Shown in pieces: positions 38,587 through 51,500 of a stretch of DNA of 64,000 bases (position 1 is the stretch's first letter; each line of letters begins with the position of its first letter). The position numbers and the translations under genes were made by a program. The notes under the pieces were generated by a model. The model was not told the DNA's origin. It worked only from the letters and a program-made list of their open reading frames with translations, and made no database searches. Source of the DNA: Cycas panzhihuaensis (Eukaryota; Plantae; Cycadophyta); the NCBI GenBank assembly GCA_023213395.1, contig CM041465.1:199771741-199835740 (forward strand), in the 5' to 3' direction.

Positions 38587-40915
38587 AAAAATATTTTACT
38601 AGAATGTGAAAATTCTAGTACTATAAGGGGAATTACCTTAATTCCCAATAAAGGAGAGATTTTAATCATAACCTTCTTTAGTTAAGAGTGCTATAACATC
38701 AACTATCCTTCAGTCTCTAAGCCAAGTGAGGAAGTCAATAATCAGGGTTGAATAGAAATATAAGATCTAACAAGAATTAGGTAGCATAACAACTCTTAAA
38801 ATGACCTCCTCTTTCTAATAAAAATAGGAGATGTAAATAAATAGAAATAAGCGCTATGGCCCATACATTGGGAGAAACCATAGCTAAAAGTCATGGGCTA
38901 ATAGTCTATGATTTTGGAGGCAAATCAATGGGATGGTTATTAAAAAACCCATGGTTTTGGATCAAACCCATGCTAAACCATACATTTAATCAAATTAGGG
39001 GATAGGCGTATGGATAATAATCATAAATATATGACCAACTGTAGGTCTAAAAAAATTCTAAAATTTTAAAATCAAACTTATAAAGTTTACCATGGTACCA
39101 TAGTGAACTTTGAAGTATTATAAACTTATCATTTTTTATAAATATAAATAAAAATCAGAATGGGATGATAAAAGATAGAATGGGATGAGTAGAAATGAGA
39201 GTAGGATGAGTAAAGATCATAATGCGATTAATGAAAAAAGCCTAAAAATAGAATAACTCTAAAACAAAGGACCCAAAAGAGCAAATCAAATAAAGGAAAT
39301 GTACAAATATGGGAAGAAGAAAGGTGAGATGTGACTTCTAGAGGTGTTAAAAGGCCATTTTCAACCCACCAAGCTTAGATGGATAACAATAAATTCACTG
39401 ACTATGGTTAGAATCATCATCAACTAAAAATAGGTATATTCATTGAATAAATCAATAGGCAAATAATAACATACACTTGCAAAAGAGCTAAACTAAATTA
39501 ATTTATGTTAATTTAGAAGTCAAGAAGCATATACCTTTACTTACCTATTAATGAGATGATTGTGAAGCTTCCAGATTATGTGAAATAGAAGAATGTCTTC
39601 CCATTTGGCTATATCTATAATGGCTTATATCTCCTATGGATTATAGTCCTCCTTATTATCATGAGGCTAATGGAATCCATATGAACGACTTTGGCTCTTT
39701 TAAAAAATTGGATGTAGGCCTCCTTATTAAATCAACCATATAATGGAATACTTCACTTAATATGTATATGGAAAGAAGAGATGGGGTAGACAAAAATAGT
39801 AATACTATGGGGGAATTATTCATAGTGTGGTCAACAACTATGGTGAGTTGTAACCATCACTACCTCCCATGGGAAGTGAAATATGATACAAATAAGTCTG
39901 CTTAATTCACACTAAATAATGATAGTGAAAAGACTACAATGTCATCTTTATTCCTATCTTACCTCTTGTGTTTGATATGATACAATAGTATACAATATTT
40001 ATGAAAAGGAAAGATCAAATAGAATTCTTAAAAGAATGATTCTTTTAAGATAAAGTAAAAAGAAAGTAAGTAGAAAGATAGGAGAAAATAAAAAGACCCT
40101 AAATAAAAAAGTAAAGAAAAAGAAAAGTAGAGGAATAAGTGAGAGTAGAAAGGGAGAGTTCCACCTTTTATTGATATACATTTATATAAATGAAAAAGAG
40201 GTCATTATCTTTATCTAGTTGAGCTAAACTAGTAGGCAAAGACCTTAAAGGGAAAATATTATGTTTTAACACCCAAAATTACATTTCACTAGTCTTGGGT
40301 TGAAAAAGCCATCATTTAAAATCTTATCATCTATGATCAACATTATATTTTATGTACTTTCCAACTCATTTGAGATTGGGTAATTGCAACTATTATCAAA
40401 ATCCCCTAGCACATATTCATGATAATATTCAACATTAAAATAAGCTAAAAACTTAAAAGGTATATCAGTAAGTAAATGGAATTGACATAAGACATGAAGT
40501 TTTTCTTTCACAAAATATATTATTTACATCAAAATATCAACTAGAGTGCTTAATATAATGAAATAAATAACCATTGATAAAAATGATCCATGATTTGTTA
40601 TAAAAAAAGTTATGTATATAATAAGATGCCTAAGTGCTTTGAATAATACACAATAAAGTGAATTGCTACATAATTGCTATGATGTAGAATGAGGATTGAG
40701 AGCCTTTAATAGGAAACATGCTTACCAAGTACTTATCAAGCTCATTCAAATCATTATAATCCATAATACCTCTCACAAAAAATGTCAACCATATATTGCA
40801 TATACATGAAACACATACCAAAATAAAGAGAGAAATCGAGAAAAAGTTAGAAGAAGTCCAAAGAAAAAGAGGTATGATTGAATCCATCATCTTCTCCTCA
40901 TATCCCCCCACCCCT

Positions 40916-43900
40916 TGAAAAGAGTAGATATATCCTTCATCTCCATGCACTAAACACAAAGGCAAACATGGGAGTAAGAAAAACTTGAGAGAAAGAAAGT
41001 AACTCTTATAAAATGGGGAGGTAAGAATGAATCTCCTCCATTGAGCTTTTACTTTTATATTGAGAGAGGGAGCATTAGAGTTAGGTAAAATGAAATTACA
41101 CATAATGCACATGAAAGTGCATTTCACTTAAGTGATCTAATTTAAAGTTCACTTAAGTGATCTAATTTAAAGTTCACTTAAGACCGTTTTTCGAAATAAT
41201 CAACTAATGCAATGACCTTATGTCATTAACCCTTTTCAATCTCCCCCTTAATGGTAGAAGGTCATTTCATCCTATTTTATTCTATCCTATGAGGTCTTCA
41301 TTTGAGCCTCTTACAAAGCAAACTACTATGACATTTTTGTGGGAAACCCTCATGGGGAAGAAAACCCACAAATTTTCTAATCTACTAACCTGGCTCAGGC
41401 AGCTCTTTAAATGTAGTGAGATAGCCAATTAGTACAATGAATTTTGTAGTTAAACTTTACTGAGTCTCCATATACCATTTGGTCATCCCCCATGCCCTTT
41501 TAGGTTTTTAGAGGTTTCAATTTTCCAAAATGATATAACCCTTATCCTTTCGCACCCACATGGGGTTTTCACAAATGGGATAGAGAAAAGACTTAGTCTT
41601 GTCCTTCCGCGCCTACAAGTGGTTTTCACGAATGAGATAGAGTATGATGGTCCTATTGTCATCTCCTTCAATTAGTCAGAGATGGAGGCCCTAAGGCTGA
41701 GTTGCTTTTGGAATTATTCAAACTTCACCCTCTTCAGTGGTTTGGTGAAAATATTGGCCACTTAATCTGCTATGGGGTAGTACTCCAGTTAAATTGTGCC
41801 ATCATGAACTAGTTCTCTAATCCTGTGGACTTTTGTACTTATATGTTTGGTATGATCATGAAATATAGGATTTTTAATCATCTAGATTGTAGATTGATTA
41901 TCTACATGTAAGCTAGTAGAACTTGTTTGGGTGACATTTAATGTATTCAACAATTTTCTAAGCCATATCACCTCCTTGCTTGTCTCAGAAGCAACAATGT
42001 ACTCAGCTTCGATAGTTGAGTCTTCCTATGTCTTTATCTCCAGCAAAGTCTGAGTCTATGTATGCATAAAGTTTAAATTCTGCATTGGGTTCATACAATA
42101 GACCATATTTGCTAGTCGTCTTTAGGTACCTCAACACTCATATTGTATCTTGCGAATGATTCTGCTTAGGATTTGTCATGAATCTTGCAAGAATGCTGAC
42201 AGAGTGTGTAATATCTAGCCTTGTATTGGTAGTATAGATGAGACTATCTACAAGTTGCATGTAGAGTGTTGCGTCTGCCTCCCTATTATCACCATAAACT
42301 GAGAGTTTAATATCAAGCTCCATAGGTGTATCCACTGGTCGAGCACCTTCCAACTAAAACTTTGTCAAAAGATTGTTGATATAGTTTTCTTGGGAGAGAA
42401 AGATTTTGCCATCTTTTTGAGTTACTTTAATTCCCAAGTAATATTTCATCAACCCGAGGTCAGACAATTTAAAAGTTTTAGCAAGGTCCTTCTTCAGCTG
42501 GCTAATTACCTGTTCACTATTCCCTGTTATGAGCGTGTCATCCATAAAGATTAAGAGGTAAGTGACTTTATCATTTTGCCGCTTGATAAATAATGTTGCA
42601 TCAATATCTTGATAGTCACAAACCTCATATCCAAGTTGCCTCATTCTTTCAGACAACTTGGTAAACCAAGCACAAGGGGCTTGCTTTAGGTCATACAAGG
42701 ACTTTTTGAGCTTGCAAACTTTATGCTCCTGACCATCAATCTCGTATCCTTCTGGCTAAGCCATGTAAATTTCTTCTTTAAGGTCCCCATTGAGAAATGG
42801 AGTCTTAACATCTAGTTGGTGGATTTTCTAACCCTGTTGAGCAGCCAAGGTTATAAGAGTTCTGATTATAGGCCACTTGGTTGTAGGAGCAAAGATTTCA
42901 GTGTAGTCAATGCCTTCCCTTTGCGTGAATCCTTTTGCTACTAACCTTGCCTTGTGTTTTTCTAGGGTGCCATCTAATCTATACTTGTTTTTGAACACCC
43001 ATTTATTTTGAACTACCTTTCTTCTAAGTCATAGATCAACAAGCTCCCATGTACCATTCTTAATAAGAGATTGATACTCTTCATTCATGGCATTTCTCCA
43101 AGCTGCATGCTTTACAGTTTCTTAGTACGTTAGGGGCTCTTCATTAAGAGTAAGATGCAGTTCTGCTGGTTTAAGCTCAACGAAAAGTGATTTATGCATC
43201 CTTGCTCTGTGGGCACTTCTAGTGCCAGTTTTGCCTACCTCATATGGTCGCATGTCCTTGTGTAACTAGTAGGCTTTATAAAAACCTCAAGTTGGGAATG
43301 AGATTTTTATTTCCACAACCTCTCAATCTTTATTTTGATCCTGAAAAGGATCATATGAAATATTTGGCATGGAGGAAGTTGATGATGCTAGAGAAGATGG
43401 GCTAGCCACAAATGTTGGAGAAGATGATCCTTTTGCTATGGCTTTGTCTTTGTCAACTTGCCTGTTCACAAATGATGGTGCTGGATGTGTACACATTGGC
43501 TTGGAGTCATAACTTGTATCCTTAGAGGCTCTATTATTAGATTCCAAGATTTTAAGCAACTGTTCAACATCTCCCCCCCTAAATTTTGGAATCTGGACAT
43601 CAAATTCAATAGCATCATTAAATCGGTATGAAGGCATCTTGGAGTCAAGTCTGAGTAGTTGATCTTTAGTCTCTGCAAAGATAACATCTCTAGTGATGAT
43701 GATTTTACGCTGTGAAGGTATGAAAACCTTGTATCCCTTTGTCCATAGGGTATCTGACAAAGATACCTTTCATGGCTCTATTTTAGAGCTTATTTCTATA
43801 TTCCTCCAGAATATGAGCATAGCAAGTAGAGCCAAAAATTCTGAAGTGGGAGATAGAGGGGGTTTGTCTATACCACATTTCATGTAGAGAGGAGCTAAGC

Positions 43901-46900
43901 TTGGAGGGACTAATAGTGTTGATGTAATACACAACAGTCTAGATAGCCTCAGCCCAAAGATAGATAGGGACATTCTTATATACCATCATAACACAAGCCA
44001 TATTCATGATGGTCCTATTCATGCACTCGGCAACTATATTTTACTGGGGTGTACTTGCAATAGTGGTCTGATGTTTGATTCTATGTTGACGTAGGTACAA
44101 TTCAAACTCATTGAATGTGTACTTGCCACCATTATCAGTCCTAAGTATTTTGATCTTGAATCCAGATTCATTTTCCATGTAGGCCTTGAAAGCTTGAAAC
44201 ATAGAAAAAGCTTCATCTTTCTTTGCAAGAAAAGCAACCCATACTTTCTTGGTAAAATCATCAATGAAAGTAATATAGTACCACTTCTGTTTGAGAGAAG
44301 GGATGGGCATAGGACCCCATATATCTAAGTGTACAAGATGCAAAGGTTGGCTAGATTTCCACTAACTATGAAGAAAGGGTTGTCTTTGAGATTTAACAAT
44401 AATACATGCTTCACATTTAAAGGGCTTAGAGGGGAACTTAGGCAAACCAGGAAGAGTGTCTTGTAGTTCTCTTAAATGATCAATTTTGATATGGCCCATA
44501 CGAACATGACATAGAGATGCTTGGGACAACTTTTAAGGAGTTAGGGTTGTGGTAAAAGCAAATTCATCATCAACATTGTTGGCTTCAGAGGATGGTGAGC
44601 TAATTAGGCAAAAATGTTTGCCATCAAGAATTCTGGTCATAACCACATCATTTAAGGGAGGGTGAATGACACAGAGAGTTTGATTGTTTGAAGTTACACT
44701 CAGATCAAATCCATGAGAGACAAGGGTGGACAAGGAGAGCAGATTTTGCTTTAGAGAAGGAATATATAAAACATCAACAAGTGTAAAATCTGGAAGGCCT
44801 GGGAGTTTCAAGCAAACAGTTCCAAGTCCTTCAACTAGCTGAGATGATTTATGAGCTATGTGTACAACACTACGAACTTCATAGTCAAAATCTTGAAAGA
44901 ATTGGCGATGACAAGTCATGTGTTATGTTGCTCCAGTATCCATGATCCACAATGAAGTATTTAAGGTAGCACTATTTGTAACTCCAAGTGGTGAAGGCAA
45001 AAGTTAATAAGCATAGCCACAGTGAGCCTCAATATGCTTAGTGGATCTATCAATAACATTTGATGAAGTGGTCCCAATTCTTTGAAGGTGTGCATAAGTA
45101 ATTTGTATTCCACCAAAAGCATCTTTAAAAGAAGTATTATCAATATTATGTGCACCATGGTGCTATTGATAACTTGGTAGTTTATTGGTGGCAATTCTGT
45201 AATTTTTGGCATAATGTCCTTTTCTATTACACCTTTGGCACACGATTGTTTGATTTCCAGTCCAAGTATTGGGCTGGTTGGATTGTCTCTGATTACTGGA
45301 TCTAGTTCTAGGTTAATTATTTTGGCCTAGCCTTGAGACTATTTTTATTGGAATTGAGGAGCCTGTTGACTAAGAGGCCATTGTCCTTATTATCTACCTC
45401 TTCCTCTTCCATGGGAATTACCACCTCTACGAGAGTATTGACCTTGATTTTTGGTGTAACAAAGATCTTCTTCCACTTTAAAAGTAGCATCAACTAGATC
45501 TGATATAGTGGCAAAGTTGGTATCAAAGGTCTTATCAAATTCAATGAACTTATCAGCAAGATCCTCAAAGTTTAGGGTCTTCAAAGTGCCACTATATTGA
45601 AGACTTCTCAATAGATTTTTATAACCTGGTATATGGAGACATGACTGAATCAAGAAAGCCCATGTAATACATTGAGTTTTAAAATCTTTATCAATGGCTT
45701 GCTTGATTGGACGAAGGAGATTGATTATCTCACTTGCATGTCCTTTCTACATTTTCAATTTATTCATCTTCAGCACTAAGTGAACAAATTCCAAGTCTGA
45801 TTTAGTGTCAAAGTTCTTCTTAAGAACTTCAAGAACTTTCCATGCTGTATCATATATAGGTTCATTAATGAGATTATACAAGGAATAATCAGTGACAAGC
45901 AGTATCCCTGTATGGATTTTATCATCATCAAGTTCCCATTGACGTTTAACTGCAGCTTCAGTGGGAGTAGTTGGAGCACCTCATGCTGAAGCAATTGTGG
46001 TAGCTGTAGTTGCAACAAGTGGTGTAGGTTGTAAGTGATCTCTCTATAAACCTTCATACTTTGTAGTATTTATGACACTAGTGAACCACATGTCCCAATT
46101 TTCTTTCCCTTTTAGAATACAGTTCACATTTTGCTTGAACTGTGAAGACATGGTATCTTTTTAGAAGGGAATAAATGAATAAGGGACTATAAAAGTGATG
46201 TCAATAAATGACCAATTACTATTTATAAATTGGAAATGTGATGAAGTAGTGTAGCATAAGGAAGAAGAAGTGAGAATGGTTACTCAAAGATGAAGGGAGT
46301 AACTTAGAGAAAAGTCACTATCACTTGTGAGAAATATTAACCTGACGTAGCAGGAATATGAGAAGCACTGTGATAAAAATTGGTCACTAACACTTGTGAA
46401 AAATATTAACCCGACGCATCAGGAATATGAGAAGCACTATGATTATGATTACACCATGGATCACTTTTTATAAATAGGTAAGTGATCAATATACAAGATT
46501 GTAGGCCAATGTAGAAGTTGACATCATTGAGTTTATACAACTTGAAACTCAAATGTAGGATGTGTAATCAACCCAATAACCTCTAACTTATGTCCAACAT
46601 ATAGTTGAGGTTGTTGAAGGGATGCCTAGGCTTCTATTAAAATTAAGTTGGCCTTCACCCGTGATACCCGCAATTGTGCTTAGTGATGAAATCCAAGTCA
46701 CAATAGAGCCCAGGTACTCCTAATCCTTACCCAGTTCACCAATGAGTAGCTACATACCTCCTCTGAAGAGTGGTACGTGCATACCCATGGCTATGACGAA
46801 TGTTGAATTGGGTATATTTTAATATTGTATTAAAGTTTTAGTTTTCCCAATTGGTTATCAAGATGATCCCTGATTGAGGCATGATGGTATGGCTAACCAA

Positions 46901-48456
46901 ACCTCACAAATATTCCAGTTTAGTCTAGTCTCAACTTGAAACCTACATCTCCTTTATGGCATAACATTCTACCAACCAAGGTATCTCAACCTTGGAAAGT
47001 GTGTAAATAGGTATAAGATGGTAGAAAATAATGTACGTGATGCGTTCCTTTTAGGAAGAGTGAAAAGATTATTGAGTTGTATCAAATGTACATTTAACTG
47101 AAAATAGAATGCTTGCTTGGAGTGCTTTTGGAGTGCTTGCTTGGAGTGCTTGCTTGAAGCGTCTTTAGAGTGATGAAATGTAATGATAATAAGTAAGTGA
47201 GAATACCAGATATTACTCCAATCTAGGTGTTTTTTCTCACTTTTACAATGGGCTTTTAAGCCTTATGAAAAGAAGGAAGAAATTTTCTTCACCATTTTTT
47301 TTTTGTTAATACAAAAAAAAATGTAGTCTTCACTAAATCAGCAATAACTTTCTTCCACGATGTTGAAATGGAGTGTTTATTTTTATGCTATAAACTAGAC
47401 TAGAGATTTCTTAGTGAAGTGGAAGTGGAATGAGAAATGAGAAAAAAGTTTTTTTGTTTTTTGAAAAATTAAAAATTATATTTTTATTATTTTCTTACTA
47501 AAATAAACTAAAAACACTCAAAAACTAAAATAGCAATAACATACTGTCAATGTCCAAATTGTATGTTTTTTTTTTGAAAAGTACACCGACACCTCATCTT
47601 GACAAATTAGAATCACTTTAATGGAGCTTTGTATAAGATTTTTTGGATCCGTGAAGTTCATCAATCAAATTATATTTCTACAATTTCACCTTTGCTAATA
47701 TCTCATCAACAAATGATATTATTTTTTCCATCATTTTTTTTTTTTATTTTTTATCACGGTATGGGCATGGTGAGAAAATGAAAGATAATTGAAATAAATT
47801 TTAATTTTAAAAAAATTTTAAAAAAAAATAAAAACCTCCCCATTAATCATTCTTTAAATGTCGAAAAAAAAATTTAAAAAAATTTGTAACAAAAAAGAAA
47901 AAAAAAAAAAAAAAAGAAGAATGAAATGAGAAATGAATATGAAAAGAAAGGATTGGAATCCTACCTTACTTACAAATTATTCTTCTAAATCAAAAAAAAA
48001 AAAAAAGAAAAAAAAATATAAATATATAAAATATAAAATAACAAAACAAAATTTTTCAAAATTCACTCACTTTCACAATCACATGTGGGGGGGTTGGGGG
48101 GATGATGTTCCATTTCTCAATGCAAGAGGAGGATGGAGAAGCAAGCAGCTCGGATACACATGAAAAGAAATGATATATCCCCATCATCCATGTGCCAAAC
48201 ACAAAGGCAAAAATGGGAGCAAGAGAGAGAGGAGAAAGAAAGAAAGTAGCAAAATGGATGAGGGGGAATGAAGAATCTCCCTCTGAGCTTTTTTTTTTTA
48301 TCTTAAGAGAGGGAGTATTAGAGTTAGGTAAAATGAAATTACACATAATGCACATAAAAGTGCATTTCAATTAAGTGATCTAATTTAAAGTTTACTTAAG
48401 ACCCTTTTTCAAAATAATCAACTAATGTAATGACCTTATGTCATTAACCCTTTTCA
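40916..48456 (-). mobile_element. Ty1/Copia element C, full length, least decayed LTR element in the window
   Basis: LTRs 40916-41238 and 48161-48456 with TGAAAAG/CTTTTCA inverted ends. Variant PBS rc TGTGTATCCGAGCT 48147-48160; PPT 41240-41251. Gag from ATG 46151 (ILKGKENWDMWF), CQRCNRKGHYAKNY, WIMDTGAT*HMT, HLVHLDIWGP, LRTDNGG, RT (LIFMDDTL), RNase H to ~41700. TSD imperfect (ACCCC or CCCCT vs GCCCC). Confidence 0.93.
46313..46443. repeat. Two-copy ~68-bp direct repeat in the Copia C 5' UTR
   Basis: GTCACTA.CACTTGTGA.AAATATTAACC.GACG...CAGGAATATGAGAAGCACT.TGAT occurs twice. Confidence 0.85.
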
Positions 48457-48522
48457 GCCCCCTCCCCCCACATTTTATTTGACTAGAAACATCTATTTAT
48501 AATGAAGTATCTCCTATTCATT

Positions 48523-51500
48523 TATTAAAACTTATAATGCTAGCATTATTATTGTGTAATTTACATGTATATGTGTATAACTGTGTACTATAGGTGATCC
48601 TTATTTGTAATTCAATTATAATTTGTAAATGTGTTAGGTCTACTACTTGTGTTGATACGTTGGCCAATTATATTGTTGTAAACTTTGGTAGTACACTTAT
48701 AAATTAAGCCCCACTCACTTCATTTATACATTAATTCTTTTGTAATGTTGAAGCTCTGCCATATTAGAGCCTCACTGAGTGATTAATTCACTTATGATCA
48801 TTTTTGCATCTCTGTTGTGTTTATTTTAGCTTGACTTTTATATTATTTCAATAGTTTACTTTGTATTTTGATGGATGCACTTAGTATTTAGATCTTGAAG
48901 TAGTTTTTTCATGGTATTAAAGCTATTATGTGCTCTATCTGGTGTTTCATTAAGGAACAAGTGAGAAGTGGAGGTTTATTAACCCATAATGACGTCATAT
49001 TCCTATATTTTTTTCAATTTTTTCTCAATATTAGGTGGCCTCTACTTAATCTAAAGCCACTACTGGTAATTTTTAGATTGTATCAATATGCATTTGTAGA
49101 GTTTCAAGCTTGTTGTAGACCACACAACTCACAATTTTAGTTTTAGTTGAAATGACTCCATTTTGGCCTTTTTTTCAACCTTAACTCATTTGTGCAAGCT
49201 ATACTTTGCCTCCAAATGAAGTTCCATTAATTACAATGGTTCTTTGAGATCTCTTGGACCCTCTTACAGGTAGTTTCATGAAGTTATCTATGTTTTCTTA
49301 ACCATTTAAAGCTCTAGGCATCTGTATGACCTACATGAGCTACAATGACCTTATTTGACATTGTTTCTCATTATTAGACATTGAATCTATTCAAAATAGG
49401 GTGTCACATCCTATAGAAGGGATTCCTATTAAGAATAATTAAAGCTGATTATTTTTTAGGGCTTTGTTTAAGTGTACAGAATGCCAAAATTACCTATCCT
49501 TCATGCATAAGTTGTGGAGATTTACAACATTTTTTAAATTTAATTTTTTACCTTTTTAAACTTTATTTTTGATAAAGTTGAGAGATATTAAGTTAAATTT
49601 AATTTTTAGGCTTAAATCCAATGAACAGGGGCTTTGATCTAGTCACATTGAGCACCTATATGACCATAATCTTAGCAGAAATGAGCAAACCTAAAAAAGG
49701 ATTAACTTAATTTTATAGTTTTTAAATTTGTAAAAAGTTTAGGCTATATTTCATAACATTTTAAAGTCTACAATCCCTTAAGCTCTCTAACAAGTGGTCA
49801 CATGCTATAGTTTGGTGACTAGGGGCCAAGGTTCAAAGGGGATTAAGCCTAATCTTCATTATTTTTAGCTCATAAGAGTACCTATTACCATTTTCTGTAA
49901 AACTTTCTAACTGGTAGTCAAAATAAGGTATTGTTTAAACTATTGAAAAGATAATTAAGAGGGCTATAATTTAAAGATAGTTTGAGCTTGATTTAAGTCT
50001 ATTTTTTAGGAGTTCTAGTCTATTAAAATTGGGTCGAATATTTGAACATTCTTGAGCCTTTTCTCATTATTTGAAGGCTTAAATTAAGTTTTTTGATAAG
50101 ACTTTTTACTAATATATACTGTTGTTGATTATTAGTTAGTTGTTCTAATCTATGTTTTGAGCTAATAAAGTGCTTGTGGTTGGTTTTTTATAGGTGTTCT
50201 CCTTAGAGATTGAGGTGGATCTTCTTGGTGCAAGCCCTCTTAAAGAGCTCTCTAAACCCTTTAATTTCCTTTTAAGTTTTACATTTCCTTTCTTTTCTTA
50301 GCTTTCCTTATGAAAAAGAACCTTGTTTATAAGCAACTCACCTTAAAATTAATATTTAACTTGAAACATTAATCAAGATAATCCTAAATCAATAAGACAA
50401 CTATACAAACTTTGCAAGGAGAAGATTAGGACCCTTGAAGTTACCACTCCATATATGCCTATGTTCTTTCTCTAATTTGTTGAGGAAACCATTGGTTATA
50501 AGGTGTATAAAATAGTAGGATAAGGTGGCAAACTATCCTTTGGTGATTAAAGACTAAGCTAGACCCAGAGAGGGTTAGTACTTTGGTTGTTAAGTTCTTA
50601 CTATTAGATCTATTGCTAGGTATAAGCCTGGCATAGGTGGATCTATAAATTAGGGGGTTCTTTGACCTTCTTAGCAACCCATGTACTAAGGTATATAGAG
50701 CCTTGAGTTCATGTATCAGTATATAGGGACCTTGATTTGCCACTTGGGGGTAGGTGCCACTATACAAGATAGTAATTAAGAGATTTCTTGGAGACTCTTA
50801 ATAAGCAACCCTATATTATCAACAAGTAGCCCCATTTTATCTATAAGGAGCACCCAACTTTTAATAAGGGGGATAAAGCTATCAATAATATGGACTAAAT
50901 TACTAATAAGGAGGACCAAGCCCTCAACAAAGAGCCCCTTATCCATAATAAGGAGGCCTTATTCTACAGTAAAGATCCCTCTACTTCCAACAAGGAGGCG
51001 TTATTTCATAATAAGGAGGCCCTACCTATTTATAAGGAGGGCTATCATATTAATAATTAGGCCAATTATATCAACAAAATTAGAACCCAAGACCTGATCA
51101 GAATCAATGACAATAAAATAGGTAGTGGTTCCCACCTAGGAATCAAAGGAACCCTAACACTCAACAAGGAGGCCATGTGGTAGACACCTAAGATACCTCC
51201 TCTAAAAACCTATTCTTTATAGCATTTTCATCTTAGAATGGTGAAAACTCATGGATTTTTGACTTAGGTGCCACTTGCCACATGATTAGCATATAAAATA
51301 TATTGGAGGAAACTTATCTAATTAACATACAAATGGTCATATTTAGTAATAACTTGACATATGATGTAACTAAAATTAGAAGGGCCCTAGTACCATTAAG
51401 AGACTATAACATAAGGCATTATATCAAAAATGTATTCCTAATTCTAAGCATGAAAATGAATATACTTTTTGTCAGCCAAATTAATAAGTAAAACTTAGAT

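Noticed and set aside
40666-41127. 153-aa ORF with a homolog at 48056-48370
   Set aside because: Both run through the Copia C LTRs; the similarity is just the LTR duplication.
46313-47160. Spaced direct repeats as a CRISPR-like array
   Set aside because: Only two long copies plus a short GCTTGGAGT microrepeat inside a retrotransposon UTR; no unique spacers or cas genes, and the context is eukaryotic.
50820-51060. Repeated CAA(C/T)AAGGAGG units, and CAAGGT units at 21950-22220
   Set aside because: Ordinary low-complexity Q/G/R-rich gag linkers of Copia D and Copia B.
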